DNA from: an uncultured Verrucomicrobia subdivision 3 bacterium
Lineage (GTDB): Bacteria > Verrucomicrobiota > Verrucomicrobiia > Limisphaerales > UBA11358
Direction: 5' to 3'
DNA: 64,000 nt
Assembly (NCBI GenBank): GCA_903875465.1
Contig: CAIQWB010000135.1
Location: 8,962 to 72,961 of the forward strand
Part shown: piece by piece, positions 50,140 to 60,363 of the stretch
Numbering within the stretch: position 1 is the stretch's first letter
Layout of the letters: the number at the start of each line of letters is the position of its first letter
The notes under the pieces: model-generated
The model's database searches: none
The model's input: the letters and a program-made list of their open reading frames with translations, nothing else
What the model was told of the DNA's origin: nothing
Position numbers and translations under genes: made by a program

Positions 50140-52809
50140 TTAGCGCCCATGCTGGTAAAGCAGTTCACGGAGCCGGGCATTGAATTCCCTAGCCTGCTGC
50201 AATTGCTCCAGCGAGTGGTGCAGCCGGTAGCGCCAGTAGTAACTGGCGATGGCGGGCACATTGATGCGCTCGGCATCCACCTGGGCCCGGCGCAACTGGC
50301 CATCCATGCCCAGCAAATCCTGCAATTGGAAAATGCTCCACATGGCCGGGGAAGCCAGATGCTGCCGGACCACCGCCGCCACGATTTCCGGGGTGGCCTC
50401 CGCCGGGGCGGGGCCGGGCAGGCCCAGTTCGCGCTGGTAAAACACCTGGGTTAGCGCGGGCTCTTCGGTCCACCAACCACGAATGGTGCTCATGTCGTGC
50501 GTGGAGGGGGTGACCACGCTCAGGTAGGGGGCGTCCGCCGGACGCGAGAATTGCTGCGCCGGATTTTTGGGCATGCGCTGAATTTCCAGGCTAAGCAAGC
50601 CCAGATCACGCATCACCTGTGGCACGCACCCGGGCACCATGCCCAAATCCTCGCCGCAAATCAGCATGTCGGTGCCCCGTTTGAGGGCGGGCAACTTTTG
50701 CAACGCTTCGCGCTTCCAGAAGTCATCCTGGCGCCGGTAGAAATAATCCAGGTACAACGCGCGCAAACGCGCCTGCGTATCGGGGGCGAGACGGTGAAAG
50801 GACCGGGTGGTTTCCATGCCGAACCGGAAGTGGAGCTGGCCCTCCGCTTCGAGCAGAATCACATTACTGATGAGATCAAACAAACCGAGGCGCAGACGGT
50901 CGTTCAGCGGATTGACAGGTTGCCCGGCAAAATAGGCTTCCACTTGCCGCTGTGTGGAAAATTCTGGTCGCAAGGCAAAGAAGTCGCCGCCGGTGTGATG
51001 CAAAAAGGTCTCCCGGACCAGTGCTGCGTCCCCGCTGAAGATCTCCTCGAGCACGGCGCCGTTGATGAATGGCTGGGTAAAGCGTTTGCGATCCAAAAAA
51101 ATGCCGTGGTGGGCAAACTCCGCCGGCTCCACGGGGAGGGCCGGCACAAAGTGGCCAAGAATGCCCTCCACGGCGTGCGCCGGGCTGCTCCAGATCCGGA
51201 AAAAGCCCAGAATATGATCAATCCGGAAGGCATCGAAATAATGGCCCATTTGGGCAAACCGCTGCCGCCACCAGGCAAAGCCATCGGCGGCCATGCGGGG
51301 CCAATTGTAGGTGGGGAAGCCCCAATTCTGACCCTTGGCGGCAAAGGGATCGGGCGGCGCGCCCGCCTGCATGTCCATATGATACAATTCGGGCTGCTGC
51401 CAGGCATCCGCCCCGTGCCGGTAGACGCCAATGGCGATGTCCCCCTTCACCACCAACCCCGCTGCGTGAATGTGCGCGGTGGCATCCTGTAATTGGCGGT
51501 GCAAATGGTATTGCAGGAAGTAGTGAAACTCGATTTCGGCATGGCCCTCCGCCAGGGCGGCAATCGCGGCGGCGTTATACGTTTGATGCTCCGGCCAGCG
51601 ACTGAAATCGGGCGTGCCATGTTTATCCCGCAAAAAGCAAAACGCGGCATAGGGCACGAGCCAGGCCTGGTTCTCCGCAAAAAAGCTCCGGTAGGCCGCC
51701 GCGCGCAAGGTGGCCGCGCGTTGGGCGGGATAAAGCTTTTTCAGGAAGCCCAGCTTGGCCGCCATGACCGCCTCGTAATCCACCTCCGGCAGCGCATTGA
51801 GGCGTTGCCGTTCCGCTTCAAGGGCTTGGAGCAACGGCCGTTGCCTGGCAGTTACCACATCCGCCAGATTGATATACTGGGGATGCAGCGCGAAAGCGGA
51901 GATGGCGGCATACGGATAGGAATCCTTCCAGGAATGGGTGGCGCTGGTATCATTGACGGGGAGGAGCTGGATGAGCTTGAGCCCCACGATGCGGCCCCAG
52001 TCGGCGAGCGCTTTCAAATCGGCAAATTCGCCCACACCAAAACTGTTGGCGGTGCGCAAACTAAAGACCGGCACGGCCACGCCTGCCCCACGCCACGCTG
52101 GCAGCGGCAGCAAGGCAAAGCCATCGTTCACCACAGTATATTTACCGGGTGCCGGGGCATCCCAAAAACGGCGGTTGGCACCATCCTCAAAGCGCACAAA
52201 AACATTCTGCGCAACATCAAAAACCCCGTACTTGTAAACAATCGGGAACGGGTGGCCGTGCAAATCCAGCGACACGACAAACTCTTCACTCGCGGGCAAG
52301 CGCTCCAGCAATCGGGGGGCGGCGGTGTGCCAATGGCCGAGCAGCGCACCCTCGCCCAAGAGGCAGAGGGTCTGACCGGGGGCAAGCAGGGGGGCTTTGA
52401 CGCGAAAGGTATGCGTGGGGTGCAGGGGAGCGGACGATTTCGCTGCCACCGGCGGGACGACCGCAAGGACTTGCCGGAATGGCTGGGTGGAAAAAACATT
52501 TTCGACGGCTCCGACGGGGTTCCAAGTGTCCAACACCAACAGGTTATCACCGGGAAATTCGCCCGGCACAAGGGTGCGGTTGCGCCCCCAATCGGTGGTT
52601 TGCGTGCCGTCGGCCTGGCGGAGGGCATAGGCGTAATTTAACTCCACGCGGGTATCCGTTTCGGTCAGGGGGAGGGTAACCTCCCAGCCTTCGTGGTCCA
52701 CGTAGCGCAACGGCACGGGATCGGCCGGCAGGGGATGACGGCCCGCCAGCCAGAGGGACTGGCCGGGTTGCGTGTGGAATCTAAGCCGAAATGTCAGGGT
52801 CATGGCCAT
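50140..52809 (-). CDS. malQ: 4-alpha-glucanotransferase (GH77) with N-terminal CBM20-like domains (DPE2-type)
   Basis: QLLPVND..SYPY, KGDIAIG, GAPPD..GQNWGFP, RIDHILGFFRIW, GEDLG and STHD. Start at ATG 52809 or 52803. Confidence 0.92.
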   Translation of the reverse strand: MAMTLTFRLRFHTQPGQSLWLAGRHPLPADPVPLRYVDHEGWEVTLPLTETDTRVELNYAYALRQADGTQTTDWGRNRTLVPGEFPGDNLLVLDTWNPVGAVENVFSTQPFRQVLAVVPPVAAKSSAPLHPTHTFRVKAPLLAPGQTLCLLGEGALLGHWHTAAPRLLERLPASEEFVVSLDLHGHPFPIVYKYGVFDVAQNVFVRFEDGANRRFWDAPAPGKYTVVNDGFALLPLPAWRGAGVAVPVFSLRTANSFGVGEFADLKALADWGRIVGLKLIQLLPVNDTSATHSWKDSYPYAAISAFALHPQYINLADVVTARQRPLLQALEAERQRLNALPEVDYEAVMAAKLGFLKKLYPAQRAATLRAAAYRSFFAENQAWLVPYAAFCFLRDKHGTPDFSRWPEHQTYNAAAIAALAEGHAEIEFHYFLQYHLHRQLQDATAHIHAAGLVVKGDIAIGVYRHGADAWQQPELYHMDMQAGAPPDPFAAKGQNWGFPTYNWPRMAADGFAWWRQRFAQMGHYFDAFRIDHILGFFRIWSSPAHAVEGILGHFVPALPVEPAEFAHHGIFLDRKRFTQPFINGAVLEEIFSGDAALVRETFLHHTGGDFFALRPEFSTQRQVEAYFAGQPVNPLNDRLRLGLFDLISNVILLEAEGQLHFRFGMETTRSFHRLAPDTQARLRALYLDYFYRRQDDFWKREALQKLPALKRGTDMLICGEDLGMVPGCVPQVMRDLGLLSLEIQRMPKNPAQQFSRPADAPYLSVVTPSTHDMSTIRGWWTEEPALTQVFYQRELGLPGPAPAEATPEIVAAVVRQHLASPAMWSIFQLQDLLGMDGQLRRAQVDAERINVPAIASYYWRYRLHHSLEQLQQAREFNARLRELLYQHGR

Positions 52810-52972
52810 ATGAATAACAGTCCCAGGGAAACTTGCAAACCCGCACGAAAATGCGGGTGCCCCGCCGGGCAAAGAATGACGACTTTGTCATTTGCCCTGC
52901 CGTCCAAATTCAGTTAGCTGGTAGGGCAGGCAAACGCCCGCACCCAGGCGGGTTTTGGCCAGGCAGCAAACC

Positions 52973-53647
52973 ATGCATATCCTCGTCGTCGAAGACGAAC
53001 CGAAAACCGCCGCTTTTATCCGGAAGGCCCTGCAAGCCGAGGGCTTCACGGTGGCGGTGTGTCCGGATGGGGACGCGGGGCTGGCGGCCGGCCAGGCGGC
53101 TGCGTTTGACGCCCTGATACTGGACATCATGCTGCCCGGGCGCGATGGGCTGAGCGTGCTCCGCCGGTTGCGCGAACTGGGCCAGCGCACCCCGGTGCTG
53201 TTGTTGTCCGCCCGGGGCGGGGTGAACGAACGGGTGGCGGGTTTGAATGCCGGGGCGGATGATTACCTGCCCAAACCCTTCGAGCTGGCCGAACTAGTGG
53301 CCCGGGTGCGCGCCCTCATGCGGCGGAGTGGGGAGCACAAACCCACCGTGCTGCGGGTGGCGGACTTGCAACTGGACACCCTCACCCGCCAGGCCCGGCG
53401 CGGGGGGCAGGAAATCCAACTCACGGCCCGCGAATACCGCCTGCTGGAATTTTTGATGCGCTCGGCGGGGCGGCTCTGCGGCCGGATGACGCTCATTGAG
53501 AAGGTCTGGGACTATGATTTCGACCCGGGCACCAATTTAGTGGAAGTTTACATTCGGCGGCTCCGCGAAAAAATCGATGCCGACTTTGAACCCAAGCTCT
53601 TGCAGACCGTGCGGGGGGCGGGATATCTTCTCCAGCAGCCGCCATGA
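52973..53647 (+). CDS. OmpR-family response regulator (CusR/CzcR-like)
   Basis: VVEDE, LDIMLPGRDG, GADDYLPKPF and VWDYDFDPGTNLVEVYIRRLR. Confidence 0.93.
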   Translation: MHILVVEDEPKTAAFIRKALQAEGFTVAVCPDGDAGLAAGQAAAFDALILDIMLPGRDGLSVLRRLRELGQRTPVLLLSARGGVNERVAGLNAGADDYLPKPFELAELVARVRALMRRSGEHKPTVLRVADLQLDTLTRQARRGGQEIQLTAREYRLLEFLMRSAGRLCGRMTLIEKVWDYDFDPGTNLVEVYIRRLREKIDADFEPKLLQTVRGAGYLLQQPP

Positions 53648-54708
53648 AGATCCGTACTCGCTTGACACTTTGGTACGCCGGAATTTTGATATTGTCCCTG
53701 CTGGTGATCGGGCTGGGAACTTACCATGAAATTTCCGAGCAAATGCACCGCCATCACCGCCCGGAGGGGGATGGTCATGCCTTGGATGAGGCCGGCGAAA
53801 TGGTGCTGTTCGTGGGCCTGCCGGCGGTGATTCTGGGGTTGGTGGGCGGGTGGTGGCTCACCCGGCGGGCGCTGGCTCCGGTGGCCCGGCTCACGGCGGC
53901 GGTGGAAAATATACACGAGCACAACCTGCGCACCCCCCTGCCCCGCAGCGGCTCGGGCGATGAACTGGACCGTCTGACGGAGGTATTTAATGCCATGACC
54001 GCCCGGCTGGATGATTCGTTTATCCGCATCCGGGAATTCACCCTGCACGCCTCGCATGAACTGAAAACCCCGCTGACGATCTTGTGTGGCGAAACGGAAA
54101 CCGCTTTGCGGGACGAGTCGCTCTCCCCCAGCGAACACGAACGCGCGGCCAGCCAGTTGGACGAACTCCGGCGGTTAACCCGGATTGTGGATGGCCTGAC
54201 GCTGCTGGCCAAGGCGGATGCCGGGCTAATCACCCTGGCGCAGGAACCCGTGCGCTGGGATGAATTGGTGCGGGATAATTTTGCCGATGCCCTGATTCTG
54301 GCGGAACCGCAAGGCATTCAGGTGGAGCTGAGCGCCCGGGAAACCGTCACGGTGCTGGGGGACCGGCACCGGTTGCGCCAATTGTTATTAAACCTGACCG
54401 ACAATGCCGTGAAATACAACCGGCCCCAGGGGCAGATTCTCATGGTGCTGCGCCGGGTGGGTGACATGGCGGAATTGGTCATCTCCAACACTGGCAAAGG
54501 GATTCCCCCCGAATTCTTACCCCGGGTATTTGACCGGTTTTTCCGCGGGGATGCGGCGCATGGCAGCGCGGTGGAAGGTTGCGGCCTGGGCCTGAGCATC
54601 GCCAAATGGATTGTCACCGCCCATCACGGGACCATTAAGATTGAATCTCCGGATGCGGAGTTGACCACGGTCCGGGTCCGCCTTCACATTCACACTCCAT
54701 CTGCATGA
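53644..54708 (+). CDS. Sensor histidine kinase (HAMP, HisKA, HATPase) with a very short His-rich periplasmic loop
   Basis: ASHELKTPL, NLTDNAVKY, RVFDRFFR and GLGLSI. Confidence 0.92.
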   Translation: MKIRTRLTLWYAGILILSLLVIGLGTYHEISEQMHRHHRPEGDGHALDEAGEMVLFVGLPAVILGLVGGWWLTRRALAPVARLTAAVENIHEHNLRTPLPRSGSGDELDRLTEVFNAMTARLDDSFIRIREFTLHASHELKTPLTILCGETETALRDESLSPSEHERAASQLDELRRLTRIVDGLTLLAKADAGLITLAQEPVRWDELVRDNFADALILAEPQGIQVELSARETVTVLGDRHRLRQLLLNLTDNAVKYNRPQGQILMVLRRVGDMAELVISNTGKGIPPEFLPRVFDRFFRGDAAHGSAVEGCGLGLSIAKWIVTAHHGTIKIESPDAELTTVRVRLHIHTPSA

Positions 54709-56111
54709 AACGCTGGTTGATCATTTTAAGTCTGGCTGGAATCACCGGTTGCGCCCGGTTCGAGAAGCATCCCCTGGTGCCGGTCCAAACGGCGGCGCAG
54801 TTGGACACGCGCGGGCTGGAGGCCCCCGGCCTGCGGCAGTTCATGGCGGGCCATTTGGGGCACCCCCTGCCGGAATGGCCCCTGCCGGAATGGGATTTGA
54901 CCAGCCTGACGCTGGCGGCCTTTTATTATCATCCGAGCCTGGCGGTGGCCCGCGCCCAATGGGCGGTCACCCAGGCGGACATTAGGACCGCCGCCGGCCG
55001 GCCGAATCCCTCGGTCACGGTGACCCCGGGCTATGACAGCTCGGCGACCAGTATTTCACCGTGGCTGCCGATGATCAATTTCGACTGGCCGCTAGAAACC
55101 GCGGGCAAGCGGGGCAAACGCCTGGCCGAGGCCCGGGCCCTGGCCAATTCCGCGCAGTGGGACATCGTCACCACTGCCTGGCAGGTCCGCGGCACCTTGC
55201 GCGACACGCTGCTGGAAGCCCAGGCCGCCGAGCGCCGGCAGGCGTTGCTCAGCCAGCAAGCCGCCCTGCAAGAGCAATTGATCAGCCGGTTGGAACAACG
55301 TTTGGCAGCAGGGGACATCGCGCGCCCGGAACTGGTTACGGCGCAAATTGCCGGCCAAAAAATCCGCCTGGATCAACTGGATGCGGATACCCGGGCCAGC
55401 GAGGCCCGTTGCCGCCTGGCGGGGGCCATCGGCCTGAGTACCCGCGCACTAGCCGGGGTGCGGATCAATTTGGACACCGGCACCAACCTGCCCCCGGCAC
55501 TCGGCGCGTCTGAAGCCCGTCAACTGGCCTTGGTCGCGCGCTCGGACATCCGGGGAGCACTGGCCGATTACGCCGCCGCAGAAGCAGATTTGCAGTTGGA
55601 AATCGCGAAGCAATATCCAGATGTGCATTTAAATCCCGGGTATCAATACAACCAGGGCGACCACCAATGGACGCTCGGACTCTCGGTGGAACTACCCGTG
55701 TTAAACCAGAATCAGGGACCGATTGCGTCGGCCGAGGCGAAGCGCAAGCTGGCGGCGGCGAAATTCCTGGCCGTGCAAACCCGGGTCATCAGCGACCTCG
55801 ACCGCGCAGTGGCGGCCTGGCAACTGGCCCGGGCCCAGACCGGTTCCGGCGACCGCTGGCTGGCGACCGAAGAAGCACAGGCCGCGGCCACCGAGGCCCA
55901 GGTTAAGGCCGGCGCGGGCGACCAATTCGATATCCTCGCCGCGCAAATGGAATTAACCAATGCCCGTTTGATCCAATTGGATAACACCACCCAGTTGCTC
56001 CGTGCCCGCGGGGCCCTGGAGGACACCTGGCAACGCCCGTTGGATTCCCTGAACCCGGAAATATTCAAACAATTGTCCGCCACCACCATCGAACTGGAAA
56101 CGCATCCATGA
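54705..56111 (+). CDS. TolC-family outer membrane efflux lipoprotein
   Basis: Lipobox ITGC; OEP-like helical repeats; ELPVLNQNQG. Confidence 0.85.
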   Translation: MKRWLIILSLAGITGCARFEKHPLVPVQTAAQLDTRGLEAPGLRQFMAGHLGHPLPEWPLPEWDLTSLTLAAFYYHPSLAVARAQWAVTQADIRTAAGRPNPSVTVTPGYDSSATSISPWLPMINFDWPLETAGKRGKRLAEARALANSAQWDIVTTAWQVRGTLRDTLLEAQAAERRQALLSQQAALQEQLISRLEQRLAAGDIARPELVTAQIAGQKIRLDQLDADTRASEARCRLAGAIGLSTRALAGVRINLDTGTNLPPALGASEARQLALVARSDIRGALADYAAAEADLQLEIAKQYPDVHLNPGYQYNQGDHQWTLGLSVELPVLNQNQGPIASAEAKRKLAAAKFLAVQTRVISDLDRAVAAWQLARAQTGSGDRWLATEEAQAAATEAQVKAGAGDQFDILAAQMELTNARLIQLDNTTQLLRARGALEDTWQRPLDSLNPEIFKQLSATTIELETHP

Positions 56112-57124
56112 AGACCCTGATTCCCCATCGCCTGCTGGGACTGGCCGCCGCCACCCTGATGGCCCTGCCCCTGCCTCAACCAGCCCGGGCCGATGCCGAT
56201 GACAAGCCGGCCGCCAAAGGCGGCGACACTGCGCCCGGTGACCCCCCGGTGAAACGGAATGCTGATGGCGAAACGGTGGTGACGATCACTACCGAAACGC
56301 AACAGCGGATCAAACTGGAATTCGCCCATCCCGCCGGGGCACAATGGCAGCCGGTGGCCAGGGGTTACGGCCGGGTCATCGACCCCACCCCGCTCCTCAC
56401 AGCGGTAACCGACCTGGCCACCGCCCGCATCAACGCGGAGGCCTCCACGCGGGAATTGGCGCGACTGCAGACCCTCGCGGCCCAAAACAACGCCTCCACG
56501 CGCGCCTTGGAAGCCGCCCAACTGGCTGCCGAACATGACCACCTGGCCTCGACGACCGCCCGGGCCAAATTTGCTGGTGACTGGGGGCCGACCCTGGCGG
56601 GTCGCACGGATTTGGCGGAGCTGGTGCAAACCCTGGCCGACCGCAAGGAGTCGTTGGTGCGCCTAACCCTGCCCGCGGGGGAAAACCTCACCGAACCGCC
56701 TGTCAGCGCGGCACTGACCGTGTTTCCCGACGAGTCGCATTTGCTGCCGGCGGAATTATTGGAAAGCGGCCTGGGCGTGGACCCGCAGAACGAGGGCCAG
56801 ATTTTCCTCTTGCTCGTCAAAGATCGCGCCCTGCCATTGGGTGCCTCTGTAACCGGGCGCTTGAACCGGACGGGCCAGCCACTGGACGGCCTGGAGATCC
56901 CGGCGGCGGCAGTGCTCCGGCATGAGGGCCAGGGGTGGGTGTATGTGCAAACCACGGCAGAGGCGTTTACGCGGCGGTGCATACCATTAGACCGCCTCAC
57001 CGCGAACGGCTGGTTCATCACCAACGGTTTGACCGCCACCAATGTGTTGGTCACCACCGGGGCGCAAACCGTGCTCTCCACCGAGTTGAGCGGCGGCGGT
57101 TTCAACACGGGCACCCGGGATTAA
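56108..57124 (+). CDS. RND efflux periplasmic adaptor subunit
   Basis: Signal peptide, coiled-coil hairpin, IPAAAVLRHEGQGWVYV and VTTGAQ. Lies between the TolC and RND genes. Confidence 0.85.
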   Translation: MKTLIPHRLLGLAAATLMALPLPQPARADADDKPAAKGGDTAPGDPPVKRNADGETVVTITTETQQRIKLEFAHPAGAQWQPVARGYGRVIDPTPLLTAVTDLATARINAEASTRELARLQTLAAQNNASTRALEAAQLAAEHDHLASTTARAKFAGDWGPTLAGRTDLAELVQTLADRKESLVRLTLPAGENLTEPPVSAALTVFPDESHLLPAELLESGLGVDPQNEGQIFLLLVKDRALPLGASVTGRLNRTGQPLDGLEIPAAAVLRHEGQGWVYVQTTAEAFTRRCIPLDRLTANGWFITNGLTATNVLVTTGAQTVLSTELSGGGFNTGTRD

Positions 57125-57127
57125 GCC

Positions 57128-60100
57128 ATGCTGCGCCAAATCGTTGATCTCTCATTGCGCCAGCGCGGCGTGGTTATCACTCTAGCCTTGGGGCTGATTG
57201 CCTATGGCTGGCTGGTGGCCTCGCGGGCCAAGCTGGATGTATTCCCGGAATTTGTCCAGCCCCAGGCCACCGTGCAGACCGAGGCCCCGGGCCTGGCCGC
57301 GGAACAGGTGGAAACCCTGGTGACCAGTCCGGTGGAAAATGCCCTGAACGGGGCGGGCGACCTGGACTCCATCCGGTCGGAATCCATCCAGGGCCTCTCA
57401 GTGGTCACGGCGGTTTTCAAAGCAGGCACGGATATCCATATTGCGCGGCAAATGCTCGCCGAACGGCTGGCCCAGGTGGCCGGTGAGTTGCCTGCCGGGG
57501 TGAAAGCCCCCGCCATGGAACCACTCACCTCCTCGACGATGGACCTGCTCAAAATCGGGCTGGTTTCCACCAATCTCACCCTCATGGAGCTGCGCACCTT
57601 TGCCGACTGGACCGTGCGCCCGCGCCTGCTTTCCGTGCCCGGCGTGGCCGCGACCAAGGTGTTCGGCGGCGAGGTGCGGCAATTGCAAATCCAGGTGCAT
57701 CCAGAACGTTTGCAAGCCCTGGGGCTTTCCCTCTCGGACGTGCTCACCGCCGCGCATGAGGCGACCGGGGTGCGCGGGGCCGGGTTTGTGGATACCGCCG
57801 CCCAGCACCTGGTGTTGCAAAGTGAGGGCCAGTCGCTCACCGCCGAAGCGTTGGGCAACGTGGTCATCACCCAGCGCAATGGGCAAAGCCTGCGCCTGCG
57901 CGACGTGGCCACCGTGCGGGCCGGTGCCGAGCCGAAATTTGGCGATGCCATCATCAACGGTCACCCGGGCATCCTGATCACCACGGCCAGCCAGTATGGG
58001 GCGAACACGATGGAGGTGACGCTCGCGGTGGAAAGCGCCCTGGAAAACATGCGCCCCATGTTCGCGGCAGAAGGCATCGAGTATGTGCCCGCGCTACACC
58101 GGCCGGCCACTTTTATTGAGCACGCCATCAAAAACATGAAATCGTCCCTCCTCCTGGGCGCGGTGCTGGTGGCAGTGGTACTGTTTTTATTTTTGCTGGA
58201 TTTGCGCACCGCCCTTATCTCGTTCATGACCATTCCGTTGAGCTTGCTGGCGGCCATTGCGGTGCTGGACCATTTGGGGGTGACGCTCAACACCATGACG
58301 CTCGGCGGGCTGGCGGTGGCCATTGGCGTGGTCGTGGACGATGCCATCATTGATGTCGAAAATATTTTGCGGCGGTTGCGCGAAAATGCCGGCCGGCCCA
58401 ATCCGCGTTCGCTCTTCACCGTGGTACTGGAGGCTTCACTCGAAGTCCGGACCGCCGTGGTTTATGCCACGTTTATCGTGGCCCTCGTATTCGTGCCCGT
58501 GCTGACCATGACCGGCCTTCAGGGTCGCTTTTTTGCGCCCTTGGGCGTGGCCTTCATCCTCGCCATCATGGCCTCGCTAGGGGCGGCGCTGACCGTTACG
58601 CCGGCACTCTGCTACGCCCTGCTATCCCGGACCAAACTGCATGAGGAACCGGGCTACCTGCGCTGGTTAAAAAGCGCGCACCGCGGGCTGCTGGAAGGGC
58701 TTTCGCACTGGCCCAAAGCCATTATTCTGGTGACCACCCTGGCGTTTGGACTGGCGGTATACGCCCTCCATTTTTTTGGCGGGGAACTGCTGCCCGATTT
58801 TCGCGAAGGCCATTTTGTGATCGGCCTGACCATGGCCCCGGGCACCTCGCTGGCGGAAATGCGCCGGCTGGGCACGGAAATTTCGGCTGAATTATTGCAA
58901 AACCCGCATATCCAAACGGTTTCCGAGCAGATGGGCCGCGCCGAGGGCGGCGAGGACACCTGGGGTCCGCACCGGGGGGAAATGCACGTGGAATTAAAAC
59001 CCGTCAGTGGGGAGGACGAGGAAAAAGTGCAGGATGAAATCCGCACCGCCCTCGCGAAATTTCCCGGCGTGGAAACGGAAGTGCTGACGTTTCTGGGCGA
59101 CCGGCTGGGCGAAACGATTGCCGGGGAAACGGCCCAGGTGGTGGTGAATGTTTTTGGCGACGACCTGGAGGTGCTGGACCGCAAGGCCCAGGAGGTCGCC
59201 GGGGTGCTCGGCAAGGTGCCCGGTGCGGCGGATGTGCAAGTGGCGGCGCCCCCCGGCTCGCCCCGGGTGATGATCAAATTGCGTCCCGACCGCCTCACCC
59301 AATTTGGGTTCCGCCCCGTGCCGGTGATGGAGGCGGTGCAAACCGCCTACCAGGGGGACATTGTGGCCCAGACCTACGAGGGCAGCAAAGTGTTTGAAGT
59401 GGTGGTGCTACTCGATGCCGCGACCCGGCAGCAACCGGAAAGTATTGGCAAATTGCTAATCAACAATGGCCAGGGAGTCACGCTGCCCTTGGCCGAGCTG
59501 GCCGAAGTCTACGCGACCACCGGCCGCTATGCGATTCTCCATGACGGAGCGCGCCGCCGGCAGACCATCACCTGCAATCCTGCGGGACGCGACGTGAGTT
59601 CCTTCGTGGCGGAGGCGCAGAAACAAATTGCCAGCCAGGTGCCATTCCCGGCCGGTTGCTATGCTGAGTTCAGCGGTGCCGCCGAGGAACAGGCCAAAGC
59701 GCAACACGAATTGTGGCTGCACTCGCTGCTGGCCGGGGCGGGCGTGATCCTGCTGCTGTGCATGGTTTTTCAAAAGGCGAGCCATCTCTTTCTGGTGCTG
59801 GCCAATCTACCGTTTGCCCTGGTGGGTGGGGTGCTGCTGATTTTACTCGTGGGCCATTTTGGCGATGCGCCCCCCGCCCTCTCCTTGGGCACGCTCGTCG
59901 GGTTTGTCACCCTCTTCGGCATCACCATGCGCAATTCCATCATGATGATTTCGCACTATGAACATCTGGTGAGTGAGGAAGGCATGACCTGGGGCATGGA
60001 AGCCGCCATGCGCGGCGCCACCGAACGACTGGTACCCATCCTCATGACCGCGCTGGTCACCGGCCTGGGACTGCTTCCGCTGGCGCTCGGTGGCGGCGAG

Positions 60101-60235
60101 GCCGGCCGGGAAATTGAAGGTCCCATGGCCCTGGTCATTCTGGGCGGCCTGGTAACCTCCACTTTGCTGAACCTCCTCGTGCTGCCCACCCTGGCCCTGA
60201 GGTTCGGACGGTTTGGGGGACCGAAAGCGGAGTGA
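57128..60235 (+). CDS. RND efflux permease, CusA/CzcA (heavy-metal) family
   Basis: DVFPE..P, NTMTLGGLAVAIGVVVDDAIIDVEN and ERLVPILMTA; 1035 aa. Confidence 0.9.
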   Translation: MLRQIVDLSLRQRGVVITLALGLIAYGWLVASRAKLDVFPEFVQPQATVQTEAPGLAAEQVETLVTSPVENALNGAGDLDSIRSESIQGLSVVTAVFKAGTDIHIARQMLAERLAQVAGELPAGVKAPAMEPLTSSTMDLLKIGLVSTNLTLMELRTFADWTVRPRLLSVPGVAATKVFGGEVRQLQIQVHPERLQALGLSLSDVLTAAHEATGVRGAGFVDTAAQHLVLQSEGQSLTAEALGNVVITQRNGQSLRLRDVATVRAGAEPKFGDAIINGHPGILITTASQYGANTMEVTLAVESALENMRPMFAAEGIEYVPALHRPATFIEHAIKNMKSSLLLGAVLVAVVLFLFLLDLRTALISFMTIPLSLLAAIAVLDHLGVTLNTMTLGGLAVAIGVVVDDAIIDVENILRRLRENAGRPNPRSLFTVVLEASLEVRTAVVYATFIVALVFVPVLTMTGLQGRFFAPLGVAFILAIMASLGAALTVTPALCYALLSRTKLHEEPGYLRWLKSAHRGLLEGLSHWPKAIILVTTLAFGLAVYALHFFGGELLPDFREGHFVIGLTMAPGTSLAEMRRLGTEISAELLQNPHIQTVSEQMGRAEGGEDTWGPHRGEMHVELKPVSGEDEEKVQDEIRTALAKFPGVETEVLTFLGDRLGETIAGETAQVVVNVFGDDLEVLDRKAQEVAGVLGKVPGAADVQVAAPPGSPRVMIKLRPDRLTQFGFRPVPVMEAVQTAYQGDIVAQTYEGSKVFEVVVLLDAATRQQPESIGKLLINNGQGVTLPLAELAEVYATTGRYAILHDGARRRQTITCNPAGRDVSSFVAEAQKQIASQVPFPAGCYAEFSGAAEEQAKAQHELWLHSLLAGAGVILLLCMVFQKASHLFLVLANLPFALVGGVLLILLVGHFGDAPPALSLGTLVGFVTLFGITMRNSIMMISHYEHLVSEEGMTWGMEAAMRGATERLVPILMTALVTGLGLLPLALGGGEAGREIEGPMALVILGGLVTSTLLNLLVLPTLALRFGRFGGPKAE

Positions 60236-60363
60236 ATTCAAGCCCATGGCAACCTTGAAAGGGAGCAGGTCCGCCTCGGACAACCACCCTACCTTGAGTC
60301 AAGATCCGTGTAGCCGCATAATGCCGGGTGAATTTTCTCTCAATTGCGGGGGTGTATTTCCCA

